Source: Chitinophagales bacterium (GTDB taxonomy: Bacteria; Bacteroidota; Bacteroidia; Chitinophagales; BACL12). From it: a DNA stretch of 64,000 bases. The notes beneath the pieces are model-generated. The model saw nothing but the letters and a program-made list of their open reading frames with translations. It was not told the origin of the DNA and searched no databases. Position 1 is the first letter of the stretch. Each line of letters starts with the position of its first letter. Position numbers and translations under genes: made by a program. Positions 40,628 to 50,792 of the stretch are shown piece by piece. The stretch spans positions 22,947 to 86,946 of the forward strand of contig JBGAWP010000005.1 of NCBI GenBank assembly GCA_044227505.1, given 5' to 3'.

Positions 40628-40756
40628 ATTTATTAATTTGATAGTCTGGTAATTTGATAATTTATTTTCTGCCGCAAAATCAACTTTATGGTGTTTCGTT
40701 AATGCGGCTGTTCATCGGTAAATTGGTACATCTTTTGGCTGTTCCATTGGTACATT
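40628..40756. repeat. Repeat-armed spacer between korA and korB
   Basis: TTAATTTGATAGTCTGGTAA (40633-40652; exact inverse at 42911-42930) and CGGCTGTTCATCGGTA...GTACAT units (40705-40756). Confidence 0.8.
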
Positions 40757-42594
40757 TATTCAGCATATTCTTTAAGAATAACTTCAATCAATTCCGTACT
40801 CGTGATCGGAGTTCCTTTAATTTTATTATATGCAATTGCAGGAATCATAAATTTATCTCTGATCACTTTTACTAATTGTCCGTTATTAATTTCAGGAATA
40901 ATTACTTTGTCGTAATTAAATAAGATCTCTCCTAAATTTTTTGGGAAAGGTTTTATATAACGCAAATGTGCATGTGCAATTCCTGTATAACCATCTGCCA
41001 ATAAATGATTAACCGCACTTTGAATAGAACCATATGTTGATCCCCATCCCAACACTAAAATTTTACCTTTTTCAGGACCGCTTTCAATTTTTTGGAGAGG
41101 AATATAATCGGCGATGCGTTCTACTTTTTCTTCACGCAATTTTACCATGAATTCATGGTTTTCAGGGTCGTAAGAAATATTTCCTGTTTCTGCTTCTTTT
41201 TCTAATCCACCTATGCGATGTTCCAAACCTTTTGTTCCTGGAATTGCCCAGGGACGGGATAATTTTTCATCGCGTTTGTATGGTAAATAAGTAGAACCAT
41301 CTTCAATAGGTTTTGCAAATTCCACTTTAATTTCCGGAAGATCTTCCGCTTTCGGAAATTTCCATGGTTCTGCTCCGTTTGCGATGTAACCATCACTTAA
41401 GAACATAACCGGTGTCATGTGTTGCAATGCAATTCTGCAGGCTTCGAAAGCTGTTTCAAATGCATCACTTGCAGTTGCAGCAGCTATTACCGGCATAGGA
41501 CACTCGCCGTTTCTTCCGTAAAGTGCTTGTAAAAGATCCGCTTGTTCTGTTTTTGTCGGCATACCGGTGGAAGGACCAGCTCTTTGAATATTTACTACAA
41601 CCAACGGCATTTCCAACATCACCGCAAGACCCATAGCTTCGCCTTTTAAGGCAACACCAGGACCTGATGTGGTGGTTAAAGCTAAATGTCCGCCAAAGGC
41701 AGCGCCAATTGCGGAACATATTGCTGCAATTTCATCCTCAGCTTGAAAAGTTCTGATTCCGAAATTCTTATATTTTGCTAAAAAATGTAATATATCTGAC
41801 GCCGGAGTAATTGGATAAGAACCTAAAAACAAAGGCAATCCCGATTTTTGTGAAGCTGCGATAAAACCCATGGAAGCCGCGTCGTTTCCAATGATGGAGC
41901 GATAGGTTCCGGGATCCAATTTTGCTGCTTCTACTTTATAACGGGAAGAAAATACTTCCGTGGTATCGGCATAATTATATCCAGCCTTTAACGCTCTTAA
42001 GTTAGCCTCAAGAATATCGGGTTTTTTAGAAAACTTAGCCGTTAAAAAACGTTCGGTCGAATCTGTAGATCTGCTATACATGTAATATAGGAATCCCAAA
42101 ACGAACATATTCTTACAGCGGTCTTTTTCTTTTACACCCATGGTGATATCGGCAAGAGCTTCGCGGGTAAGTTTTGTAACGTCAATTTTTATCACCTCAA
42201 ATCCTTCCAAAGTGCCATCTTCCAAAGGATTGGTGGCAGCATTAGCGAGACGCATGTTTTTAGCGTCAAAACCATCGGTATTTACAATTACAATAGCGCC
42301 TTTTTTAATCGCGGTAAGGTTCACTTTTAGTGCAGCAACGTTCATAGCCACCAAAACATCACACAAATCGCCGGGAGTATAGATCTTACGGCTGCTGAAA
42401 TGTAACTGAAATCCCGAAACACCCGGTAATGTACCTATAGGTGCACGAATTTCGGCTGGGAAGTCAGGAAAAGTTGCCAGATCGGAACCCAAAAGGGCTG
42501 TATTTGTAGTAAATTGTCCGCCTGTAAGTTGCATACCGTCACCACTATCGCCGGCAAATTTGATCACTACGTCTTCAAGAACTTGAATTTCCAT
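40756..42594 (-). CDS. korA: 2-oxoacid:acceptor oxidoreductase alpha subunit
   Basis: AGDSGDGMQL, FPAEIRAP, YPITPAS, QAEDEIA, TSGPG. Start set at ATG 42594 because the longer ORF reads through the promoter. Confidence 0.93.
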   Translation of the reverse strand: MEIQVLEDVVIKFAGDSGDGMQLTGGQFTTNTALLGSDLATFPDFPAEIRAPIGTLPGVSGFQLHFSSRKIYTPGDLCDVLVAMNVAALKVNLTAIKKGAIVIVNTDGFDAKNMRLANAATNPLEDGTLEGFEVIKIDVTKLTREALADITMGVKEKDRCKNMFVLGFLYYMYSRSTDSTERFLTAKFSKKPDILEANLRALKAGYNYADTTEVFSSRYKVEAAKLDPGTYRSIIGNDAASMGFIAASQKSGLPLFLGSYPITPASDILHFLAKYKNFGIRTFQAEDEIAAICSAIGAAFGGHLALTTTSGPGVALKGEAMGLAVMLEMPLVVVNIQRAGPSTGMPTKTEQADLLQALYGRNGECPMPVIAAATASDAFETAFEACRIALQHMTPVMFLSDGYIANGAEPWKFPKAEDLPEIKVEFAKPIEDGSTYLPYKRDEKLSRPWAIPGTKGLEHRIGGLEKEAETGNISYDPENHEFMVKLREEKVERIADYIPLQKIESGPEKGKILVLGWGSTYGSIQSAVNHLLADGYTGIAHAHLRYIKPFPKNLGEILFNYDKVIIPEINNGQLVKVIRDKFMIPAIAYNKIKGTPITSTELIEVILKEYAE

Positions 42595-42616
42595 AATTAT
42601 TGAGAGAAAATTTGTG

Positions 42617-42624
42617 CAAAGGTA
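42617..42624 (-). promoter_or_regulatory. -7 promoter element of korA
   Basis: TACCTTTG(CA) on the minus strand. Confidence 0.6.
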
Positions 42625-42631
42625 GGGAAAA

Positions 42632-42935
42632 TGTACCAATGTACCGATGAAAAATGATGTACCGATGAACAGCCGGAATTTCGAAAAACCGGGAGATTAT
42701 AGAAACCATGGGAAGGAGGAGATGATTAGCAAATTAGCGCAATGCTGCGCATTGGGGATTAGCCAATTAGCAAATGGGGAATTCTGCTGAGTTTAAAGCT
42801 TTGTGGTCAGACCGGAGCGATTTGTTTTCCGGATGTTTTGATGAGAATCACCATAATAGGGGTTTACTTAAAATTGTGAAGTCAGCTTGGGTGGAGAATC
42901 AATTATCCACTTACCAGACTATCAAATTAACAAAT
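42632..42935. repeat. Repeat cluster: ATGTACCG arm, ATTAGCAA arm, TTACCAGACTATCAAATT arm
   Basis: Arms at 42632-42676, 42725-42778 and 42911-42935; inverse matches at 40633-40756 and 50793-51010. Confidence 0.8.
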
Positions 42936-42945
42936 GCTTCTCGAT

Positions 42946-42976
42946 GACCTCACAGGTTTGGGAAACCTGTGAGGTC
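42946..42976. repeat. REP-like palindrome, copy 2
   Basis: Perfect 14-bp stem GACCTCACAGGTTT-GGG-AAACCTGTGAGGTC. Confidence 0.85.
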
Positions 42977-43094
42977 TGAGACGGGAAAAGTAAAAACTTA
43001 CAATGGAAGAATTTCTAGTTTAAAAATGGATAGTTTGCTTCAGTTTATTGCGAATTGATGACTAATAAAACAATCAGCTAAGTATCTTTATTGG

Positions 43095-44086
43095 ATGAGA
43101 ATTCCTATTTTCTTTTTATTTTTTATGATTTGTAATTTGGTAAAAAGCCAAACGGAGATAGACTTTTTTAATGAATTTCTATTGGGAGGGGAGGCAAAAA
43201 AATATACTAAAAATATTTCTACAAGTAAAATTGCTAGATTGTGCAAAATAACAGTTAATTACCAAGCTGATAAAGCCGACACTTTGAATGTTGAGATTGT
43301 AGAATTTTATAAAAATGGGATACAAAAAAATTACACTAATTACTATAAAAATGAAATTATGCGAAGTAGTTTCAAATACCGTGGAAGAAGGTTTATAAGC
43401 GGTAGTTATTATGATTGGATAATTGAAGAAGGCGATACCATGGTGAATAGGTCAATACAAATGTTTCAATACAAAAAAACCAAAAAGTTGAAATTTCTAC
43501 AAGGGGAGATTATTGGAACGATGAATACCAAGAGACTGATTCAACAATTTATAATTATAAAAAGAAAAATTTAATTTCAGAAAAAAGATATAGTGAAGAT
43601 ACCATGGTTGAAACCGTTGAATATTTTAACAATCGAAACGGAAAATTGGATTCAGTATTTAGCAAATATTTTCCTAATTCGAGCAACTTATATGTAGATA
43701 CAGCGTTATCAAAAACAATTTATTATTACGACAATCAGTTGCGCTTAATAAAAACAATCAACACAAAAGCAGAAAGTGCATTAAACTATGATACAGATTA
43801 CATTTTTAAAATGGAGTATCAATATAATGATTATGATCAGATTGAGCAAATAAATAAAATTCAACTTTCTAATCAACAAGAATGGAATAGAATAACCAAA
43901 ATTCAATATCTAGAAAATAATCAGGTCGAAGTTTGGCGCGAGAAAGCCGGTATAAATGGTGAGAATACAAAAGCAGTATATTTTTTTTCAGATAATTTGC
44001 TTTTATTAAAAGTTAGGAATTATAACTTTAAAAATGAATTATGGCAATTAACCACTGAGGAAACTTATGAATTTGTTTATTATTAA
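43095..44086 (+). pseudogene. Secreted hypothetical protein (about 330 aa, YD-like hairpins) split by a -1 frameshift
   Basis: ORFs 43095-43574 and 43604-44086 overlap through a -1 frame that is open from 43451; an A7 run at 43473-43479 would join them if it were A8. Confidence 0.7.
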
Positions 44087-44307
44087 TTTCTTTAACGTTT
44101 TTTGCTCTGGAAAAGCTAAATTAAATAGACTTATTGAGGGTAATCATCACCATACTCAATGATTAGTTCAACCTTCAGCTAAGTTTTCAAAAAAAGATTT
44201 TTGTGTACAAAATCAAATCGGCATCCATTGCATAACTCCATTATCTTCTGTAAATTTACACATCATCACCCCCCAAAATTTATTTTTTTACTTAAAAAAT
44301 TAAAACC

Positions 44308-46020
44308 ATGAAAACAAATTTTCAAATGCTGATGCCAATAATAATTGGCATTTTGTTACTCCAAGGCACCGCAATTGCACAAGTAGTTTCCACCCCCAAA
44401 AAGGCATACCCCGGAATGGAACAGGAGCAAATCGGCGATCCATATAAGCCGAATGCTTATAACAATCAAAAAACTTCTCCTGCTTATCGATATTCGGGTT
44501 ACAGCCACGGGAAAACTACAATTACATCAATCGTAACTGTTCAGGTTAATGTTGACAGCAGCGGCATGAATATAATTGACGACGCAGCCAACGAACCCAA
44601 TATTGCTTACGACCAGTTCAAACCTGAATCCATCGTAATAGGCTGGCGACAATTTGATAATGTTGAAAGTAACTTTCGTCAGGCCGGATGGAGCTATACT
44701 TCCGATGGCGGCAGTACATGGACATTTCCCGGCTCCATTAACCCGGGCGTTTTTCGCTCAGATCCGGTGCTTGATTTCGATTTGCAGGGAAATTTTTATT
44801 ATAACAGTTTATCTGTTACACCTGATTTGGTTTGTAGGGTTTATGAGAGTAATGATGGTGCAGTTTCGTGGAATAGCGGAACGCATGCAGGTGGCGGCGA
44901 CAAACAATGGATGGCAGTTGATCGCACGGGAGGAGTTGGAACTAATAATATTTATGCATTTTGGTCGCAGTTCAGCAGTTCGTGCTTACCGGGTAATTTC
45001 ATCCGTTCAACAGATTTAAATGATAGCTATGAAGATTGCACTGTGGTTGACGATGACCCGTATTACGGTACCATGGCAATAAATAATTCGGGTGATCTAT
45101 ATATAGTTGGTGGCGGCGATAATAGCCAACATGTGAAAGTATACAAATCGGAAACAGCTAAAATACCGGGCGCAACCGTTACCTGGAACCCTTCCGTAGA
45201 TGTTTTTATGGACGGCGATATCAGCGGATGGGGCTCCATAAATCCTGAAGGCCTTTCCGGTCAGGCAAATATAGATGTGGATCGTTCCGGTGGACCGGGA
45301 GAAGGAAATGTTTATGTGCTTGCGAGTGTTTGGAGATCGGACATTGGAGATGAGGCTGATGTAATGTTTAGCAGAAGCACAGATGGCGGTGCAACATGGA
45401 GTGACCCAATGCGCATAAACGATGATGAAGGCACTTCAAACATACAATGGTTTGGCACCATGTCGGTGGCTCCGAATGGCCGAATCGATGCGATCTGGCT
45501 CGACACACGCGATGCTCCGGCCGGCACTGATCATTCAGCTTTATATTATTCGTATTCAAATGATCAGGGAATAACCTGGACAGTAAATGAGAAATTATCC
45601 GATACTTTCGACCCGCATGTTGGTTATCCCAATCAAAATAAAATGGGTGATTATTTCGATATGATCTCCGACGAAACTGGTGCTCACCTTGCCTGGACCA
45701 ATACACTCAATGGTGAGGAGGATGTTTATTACAGTCATATTATCCCGGAAGCTCCGCTTACTGATATAAATGAAAATTTCGGTCCATTTGCCTCGCTAAT
45801 TATTTCGCCAAATCCGGCGCATAACAATTGTCAAATAAGCGGCCTAAAAAACTATACAACAATAAAACTTCTGAATATTCAGGGACAATACCTTTGGACC
45901 TTGCAAACCAATGAATCTGCAGTAAGTATTGACATTTCGAAAATACCGGCAGGCATTTATTGGTTGCAATTCAGTGATGTATTTGGCAATAAGATGGTGA
46001 AAAGATTGATTAAAAATTAA
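44308..46020 (+). CDS. BNR/Asp-box beta-propeller (sialidase-like) protein with T9SS sorting domain
   Basis: SDGGSTW, SNDGAVSW, STDGGATW and SNDQGITW Asp-boxes; GDYFDM; ISPNPA...AGIYWL. Confidence 0.8.
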   Translation: MKTNFQMLMPIIIGILLLQGTAIAQVVSTPKKAYPGMEQEQIGDPYKPNAYNNQKTSPAYRYSGYSHGKTTITSIVTVQVNVDSSGMNIIDDAANEPNIAYDQFKPESIVIGWRQFDNVESNFRQAGWSYTSDGGSTWTFPGSINPGVFRSDPVLDFDLQGNFYYNSLSVTPDLVCRVYESNDGAVSWNSGTHAGGGDKQWMAVDRTGGVGTNNIYAFWSQFSSSCLPGNFIRSTDLNDSYEDCTVVDDDPYYGTMAINNSGDLYIVGGGDNSQHVKVYKSETAKIPGATVTWNPSVDVFMDGDISGWGSINPEGLSGQANIDVDRSGGPGEGNVYVLASVWRSDIGDEADVMFSRSTDGGATWSDPMRINDDEGTSNIQWFGTMSVAPNGRIDAIWLDTRDAPAGTDHSALYYSYSNDQGITWTVNEKLSDTFDPHVGYPNQNKMGDYFDMISDETGAHLAWTNTLNGEEDVYYSHIIPEAPLTDINENFGPFASLIISPNPAHNNCQISGLKNYTTIKLLNIQGQYLWTLQTNESAVSIDISKIPAGIYWLQFSDVFGNKMVKRLIKN

Positions 46021-46082
46021 TTACTGAATTTTATCTTCAAAAAAATCAATAATAATATAGCCATAGTTAAGTTAGATGCTTA

Positions 46083-46119
46083 ACAGGAGTATAACCTTAA
46101 GTTCTGGGTATACTCCTGT
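46083..46119. terminator. Hairpin after the BNR gene
   Basis: ACAGGAGTATA...TATACTCCTGT inverted repeat. Confidence 0.55.
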
Positions 46120-46434
46120 ATTTATAGTTTATTTATTGCAACTTGATATTTAGATATGAATGTATCTTTTTCAACAACATTTCTAATTTGAATTGCAATT
46201 ACAAACATTGTAACATTTTTCACTTATCTGGTGTTTTAGAAGTTTATTATACCAGAACTTTGTTTTTATTAGTAAGCATAAATTATTTATTCGAAAATCG
46301 AAAACCTTTAATTTCGAAGGGTTTAGGTATCTTAAATTAAACTTTCAATAAAAAATATTAGTTTTGAAAAATCAAAAGCTTTGAATTGTGGTGGCACAAT
46401 TGCTTATTTGAAATCTTGTATATAATTAATATTT

Positions 46435-49400
46435 ATGCTGTATAAATCTACTTTACTCAACATTCTGTTTTTAGTAATTAGTTTTCAAATGAGTTATGCC
46501 CAAATTGTAATTAATGAAGCTTGCAATAAAAATTATATTGGTGGAATAGATGAAGACGGTGAAAATGAGGACTGGATAGAAATTTATAATGCAGGAGTTT
46601 CTCCTGTTGACCTTACAGATCACGCTTTAAGCGACAAACTTTCAGAACCTGCTCAGTGGCCCTTATCAGGATTGGTTATTGCTCCCGGCGAATTCAAACG
46701 AATTTTTTGCAGTGAAAAGGATCGTTATGAAACTGCACCCTTTTTAAATGCTGTTACTGATCTTGATTATTCTCCGATTGTGGGTTGGAACACGCATAAT
46801 TTTACTTCTGTTTTTGAATGGGATGGTGTAAGTAATTTGGTTATTAATATTTGTTCCTACCTAAATACAGGATACACCGAAAACGCAATTTTTTTTCAAA
46901 CTGCTACGCCATATGTATCAACTACTGCAACGTTTAATGATGGGAGTGATGCTTCTTGCTCCGCGCCATTTGGTGCCACGTATTCACAAAGGCCAAACCT
47001 GATGATAAATAATGAGGTCTTAGATTATGGAACAATTCAAAATACCAATACAGATTACCCCGCTCCTTATGGAAATTGGTATTGGAGTGCTCGTCACCAA
47101 ATACTTATACATGCAAGCGAATTGATAGATGCAGGAATTGTTGCCGGACCAATAAATTCAATTGGCTTTCAGGTAGTATCCACCAATACTATTGTTTATA
47201 CCTATATTGATGTATCCGTTAATGCAACAATGTTAAATGATTTAACAGGAAATTTAATTCCTTCAGGCGGATATTTAAATCACACAAATTTCAAAATTGA
47301 TTCGGAAGGGGAAACTGTTTATTTGTTTGACCCTGCAGGCACAAATATTAGTTCGTTAAATGTAGCATCACCGCAAGCAGATGTTTCGATAGGACTTACG
47401 CCAGATGCATCAGAAATTGTTTCCTGGATGTCGCCAAGCCCCGGCATGTCCAATAATGGCGCAACTTTATTTACAGATACATTGCAGGCACCAGTTTTGT
47501 CTGTTGCCTCCGGGATATTTAATAGTAGTTTTTACCTCAAAATAAATAACCCGAATCCTGAAGCTATTTTAACCAAAGTAGTGTATACTTTAGATGGAAG
47601 CGATCCAACATTTTTATCACCGGAATTTATTGAAGATTCCATGCTGATATCAGGCGCAACGGTAATAAGGGCTAAAATTTTTCCTCTTGTTGCAAACAAT
47701 TATTTACCCAGTGTTGATGCATATGGTACTTATTTATTTGATATTGATCACAGTACACCAATATTGTTTGTCACCACACAAAATTCAAATCTGTATGGAG
47801 AAAACGGAATTTTTGATAATTACAATTCCGATTGGATAAAAGCTGCGCATGTTACCTGGTTAACAAAAGAAAGTGATCACCCAATATTATTTCAAACCAG
47901 AACTGCAATGCGCATGGATGGAGGCGCAGGAGGGAGCAGGGCTTATCCGCAACATTCGTTTCGCCTAACATTTGATCACTCGGCACTGGGGGAGGAAACT
48001 ATACATGAAACTTTAATACCCAATATTCCTTTTCGTGATAAATACAGCGAGGTGTATTTAAGAAACGACAGCAACCAATGGTTGACCTTTCCTCAAAAAG
48101 ACGCTTGTCAGGTGAGCATGATGAGTAAGGGTACCAATAATTATTATTCTGCAATGGAACCTGTAACAGTGTATATCAATGGCGAATATTTTGGTTTATA
48201 CGAACTGCGTGAAAAATTTAATGCCGAGTTTTTTGATGAGCGAGAAAATATCAATGAAGATTCCGTTGAAATTTTATCGTTGAGTTACTTTTATAATTTA
48301 ATTCTTAGAGCACTTGAGGGAAATTCGGAAAATTTCTTTAACGACTATAATGCATTTAATGAAATTGATCCGGCACTTTCTGATTATATGACACTAGCTG
48401 ATCATTATTTTGATCTTGCCCATTACACCGATTATATTATTGGTGAATCGTGGATGGGAAATACTGATTGGCCGGGAAATAATATTAAAATATATCGTTC
48501 CGATAAAACAAATTATCGCTGGCGGTTTGCCTTGATAGATCTGGAGTTATCGATGAGACCAAATAGCTGGACTAATTGCTCTGACAATCATATTCGCTAC
48601 ATGCTGGATCAAAGCACGGAAAATCCATACATCAATATTTGGTTGCAAAGCATTCAAAATACAGCATACAAAAATTCTTTTATAAATCGTTATGCAGATC
48701 TCATGAACACCAGTTATTTAAAAGATACCTTATATGCTGAGGAACAAAAATTTTATGATAAAATGGTTGTGGAAATGCCAAATGAATATGCGCGATGGGG
48801 TGATCCATTTGATATAGATGGACAAATGGCAACCTTTGAACAAAATCACAACACGTTTCAACAACAATTAGGGTGCAGAAGTAATAAAGTGAGAGGTGAT
48901 CTGATTGAGGAATTTGAACTGATTAAAGAAGTAGAGGTAACCTTAAACATATTTCCGGATAGTGCAGGAGCAATCAAATTAAATACAATTCAACCAACCA
49001 TTTATCCATGGGAAGGAATATATTTTGACGGCGTACCTATTCAACTTACCGCCGTGGCAGATTCAGGATATACTTTTGAGTATTGGTTGCCAAATCAATT
49101 TATAACTGATACCTTGAATCCTGCATTTGAAACAAATGTTGATGTTGACGAAATTACCTTCACTGCAGTTTTTAAATTGATTCCATTACCACCGGTAGCA
49201 GATGGGGAAACAATTGACTTTACATTGTATCCATCACCAAGCTCAGGTGTTATCACTATTGAACACAATAATAGCACCTTAGCAGAAAATGCTACCTATA
49301 AAATTTATGATATACATGGAAGGGCAGTCACTAAAGGCAATGTTGATCAGTCGGGTAAGAAAACCACCATCGATATTTCGAAATTAAATAATGCTATGTA

Positions 49401-49461
49401 TATTATCAAAATAAGCAACGACGCTGAAGTTTTGGAAGTCATTTCATTTGTAAAAATATAA
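46435..49461 (+). CDS. CotH kinase-family protein with lamin-tail, Fn3-associated and T9SS domains
   Basis: IVINE...DWIEIYN; YTLDGSDP; VYINGEYFGLYELREK, NTDWPGNN, WRFALIDLE; LYPSPS...MYIIKI. Confidence 0.85.
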   Translation: MLYKSTLLNILFLVISFQMSYAQIVINEACNKNYIGGIDEDGENEDWIEIYNAGVSPVDLTDHALSDKLSEPAQWPLSGLVIAPGEFKRIFCSEKDRYETAPFLNAVTDLDYSPIVGWNTHNFTSVFEWDGVSNLVINICSYLNTGYTENAIFFQTATPYVSTTATFNDGSDASCSAPFGATYSQRPNLMINNEVLDYGTIQNTNTDYPAPYGNWYWSARHQILIHASELIDAGIVAGPINSIGFQVVSTNTIVYTYIDVSVNATMLNDLTGNLIPSGGYLNHTNFKIDSEGETVYLFDPAGTNISSLNVASPQADVSIGLTPDASEIVSWMSPSPGMSNNGATLFTDTLQAPVLSVASGIFNSSFYLKINNPNPEAILTKVVYTLDGSDPTFLSPEFIEDSMLISGATVIRAKIFPLVANNYLPSVDAYGTYLFDIDHSTPILFVTTQNSNLYGENGIFDNYNSDWIKAAHVTWLTKESDHPILFQTRTAMRMDGGAGGSRAYPQHSFRLTFDHSALGEETIHETLIPNIPFRDKYSEVYLRNDSNQWLTFPQKDACQVSMMSKGTNNYYSAMEPVTVYINGEYFGLYELREKFNAEFFDERENINEDSVEILSLSYFYNLILRALEGNSENFFNDYNAFNEIDPALSDYMTLADHYFDLAHYTDYIIGESWMGNTDWPGNNIKIYRSDKTNYRWRFALIDLELSMRPNSWTNCSDNHIRYMLDQSTENPYINIWLQSIQNTAYKNSFINRYADLMNTSYLKDTLYAEEQKFYDKMVVEMPNEYARWGDPFDIDGQMATFEQNHNTFQQQLGCRSNKVRGDLIEEFELIKEVEVTLNIFPDSAGAIKLNTIQPTIYPWEGIYFDGVPIQLTAVADSGYTFEYWLPNQFITDTLNPAFETNVDVDEITFTAVFKLIPLPPVADGETIDFTLYPSPSSGVITIEHNNSTLAENATYKIYDIHGRAVTKGNVDQSGKKTTIDISKLNNAMYIIKISNDAEVLEVISFVKI

Positions 49462-49555
49462 AACTACAATTTTACAAAAACCATTATTTTTGATGAATGT
49501 TGATCGAAGACAAGAAATTCTATGTCAATTGTAGTATAGGAACTTTCATGTTTCA

Positions 49556-50332
49556 ATGATATATAAATGTTACATACCATCGCCGGCGTTACAACCCTAT
49601 ATAGAAAAATATTGGCTGCTTTCCGGTTTTGTGTATGAAAAAGAAATTATAAAGCTTGTTCCTGATGATGGAGGTATAAACCTCTTGCTAAACTTGGGTG
49701 AAGATTTCAATTCAATAAAATTTAATAAGGAAATTAATCATGAACGTGTCTATATTGTTGGTACAATGACCCAAACGGATGAACAGGTTTTGCTTGGAAA
49801 AGTGTTATTGTTTGGTATAAAATTTAAACCGGGCGCATTTTCGCATTTCTATAAATTCGACTCCTTAAATGTTTATGCAAATCAGTTTCAGGAATTAAAT
49901 TTTAAATATTTTCCAGATATAAAAAAAATAATTCAAGATTTTATTCCATACATAGATCAGTTTTATTTGGATAAATTATCCCCGCCAAAGTATTCGCTCT
50001 TAAATATAATTTCAGACATTTCCGATTACAACGGAATTATTAAAACGGAGAAATTAGCAAAAACACATTTTACTACTGTTCGACATTTGGAACGACAATT
50101 TAATAATCAGATCGGAATCTCACCTAAAGAATTTATAAATCTCACACGTTTCAATAAGGTATTGTACCGTTTGCAATCCAACAATTCAAAAACACTCTCC
50201 GAAATTGCATGGGAGATGGGTTACTACGACCATGCACATCTTACCAATGATTTTAAACGATATACAGGAGATCCACCATCAGCATTTATTTTGTCGGATT
50301 TTTCCAAGTCTGTTTCCACAGACATCCGATAA
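49556..50332 (+). CDS. AraC family transcriptional regulator
   Basis: N-terminal PSPALQPYIEKYW; RHLERQF...IGISPK; GYYDHAHLTNDFKRYTG. Confidence 0.92.
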   Translation: MIYKCYIPSPALQPYIEKYWLLSGFVYEKEIIKLVPDDGGINLLLNLGEDFNSIKFNKEINHERVYIVGTMTQTDEQVLLGKVLLFGIKFKPGAFSHFYKFDSLNVYANQFQELNFKYFPDIKKIIQDFIPYIDQFYLDKLSPPKYSLLNIISDISDYNGIIKTEKLAKTHFTTVRHLERQFNNQIGISPKEFINLTRFNKVLYRLQSNNSKTLSEIAWEMGYYDHAHLTNDFKRYTGDPPSAFILSDFSKSVSTDIR

Positions 50333-50337
50333 ATTTG
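50292..50337 (+). promoter_or_regulatory. Putative AraC operator plus -7 promoter embedded in the AraC 3' end
   Basis: TGTCGGATTTTTCCAA (50292-50307) followed by TAAATTTG (50330-50337), which overlaps the stop codon. Confidence 0.5.
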
Positions 50338-50362
50338 CCTCGAAACAAAATCCAACTGTATC

Positions 50363-50776
50363 ATGAATTCAAAATCAATTATAGCTGCATTAATTGGAGC
50401 CGTAGCATTTTTTATTTTGGCCTGGCTTGTATTTGGAATACTGATGATCGATTTTTATTTGTCCAATGTATTACCTTACGAAGGACTAATAAAAGACCCA
50501 CCTGTAATTTGGGCGCTGTTTGTGCATGGTCTTAGTATTGCTACTTTGTTTGCTTTTCTGTTTTATAAAATGAATATTAAAACATTTGGAAAAGGGTTTC
50601 TGCTTGCAGTATGGGTTGGACTATTAGTGACCATTTATTTTTATGCATTCATGCACGCATCCTTAAATCTCTATACAATTAAACGCATGCTCGTTGAGCT
50701 TGTAGTGAGTCCACTTTTCTTGGGAATTGTTGGTGGAATTACCGCAAAAAGTTTTGGAATGTTAAACAAATCATGA
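50363..50776 (+). CDS. Small 4-TM membrane protein (DUF1761-like)
   Basis: Four hydrophobic segments; located downstream of AraC. Confidence 0.6.
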   Translation: MNSKSIIAALIGAVAFFILAWLVFGILMIDFYLSNVLPYEGLIKDPPVIWALFVHGLSIATLFAFLFYKMNIKTFGKGFLLAVWVGLLVTIYFYAFMHASLNLYTIKRMLVELVVSPLFLGIVGGITAKSFGMLNKS

Positions 50777-50792
50777 TTCTTTCAACAGAACT

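Noticed and set aside
42595-42639. N-terminal extension of korA
   Set aside because: It reads through the TACCTTTG promoter element and a repeat arm.
43095-50776. Integron cassette array or prophage
   Set aside because: No integrase, no recurring attC-like site between the genes, no phage genes.
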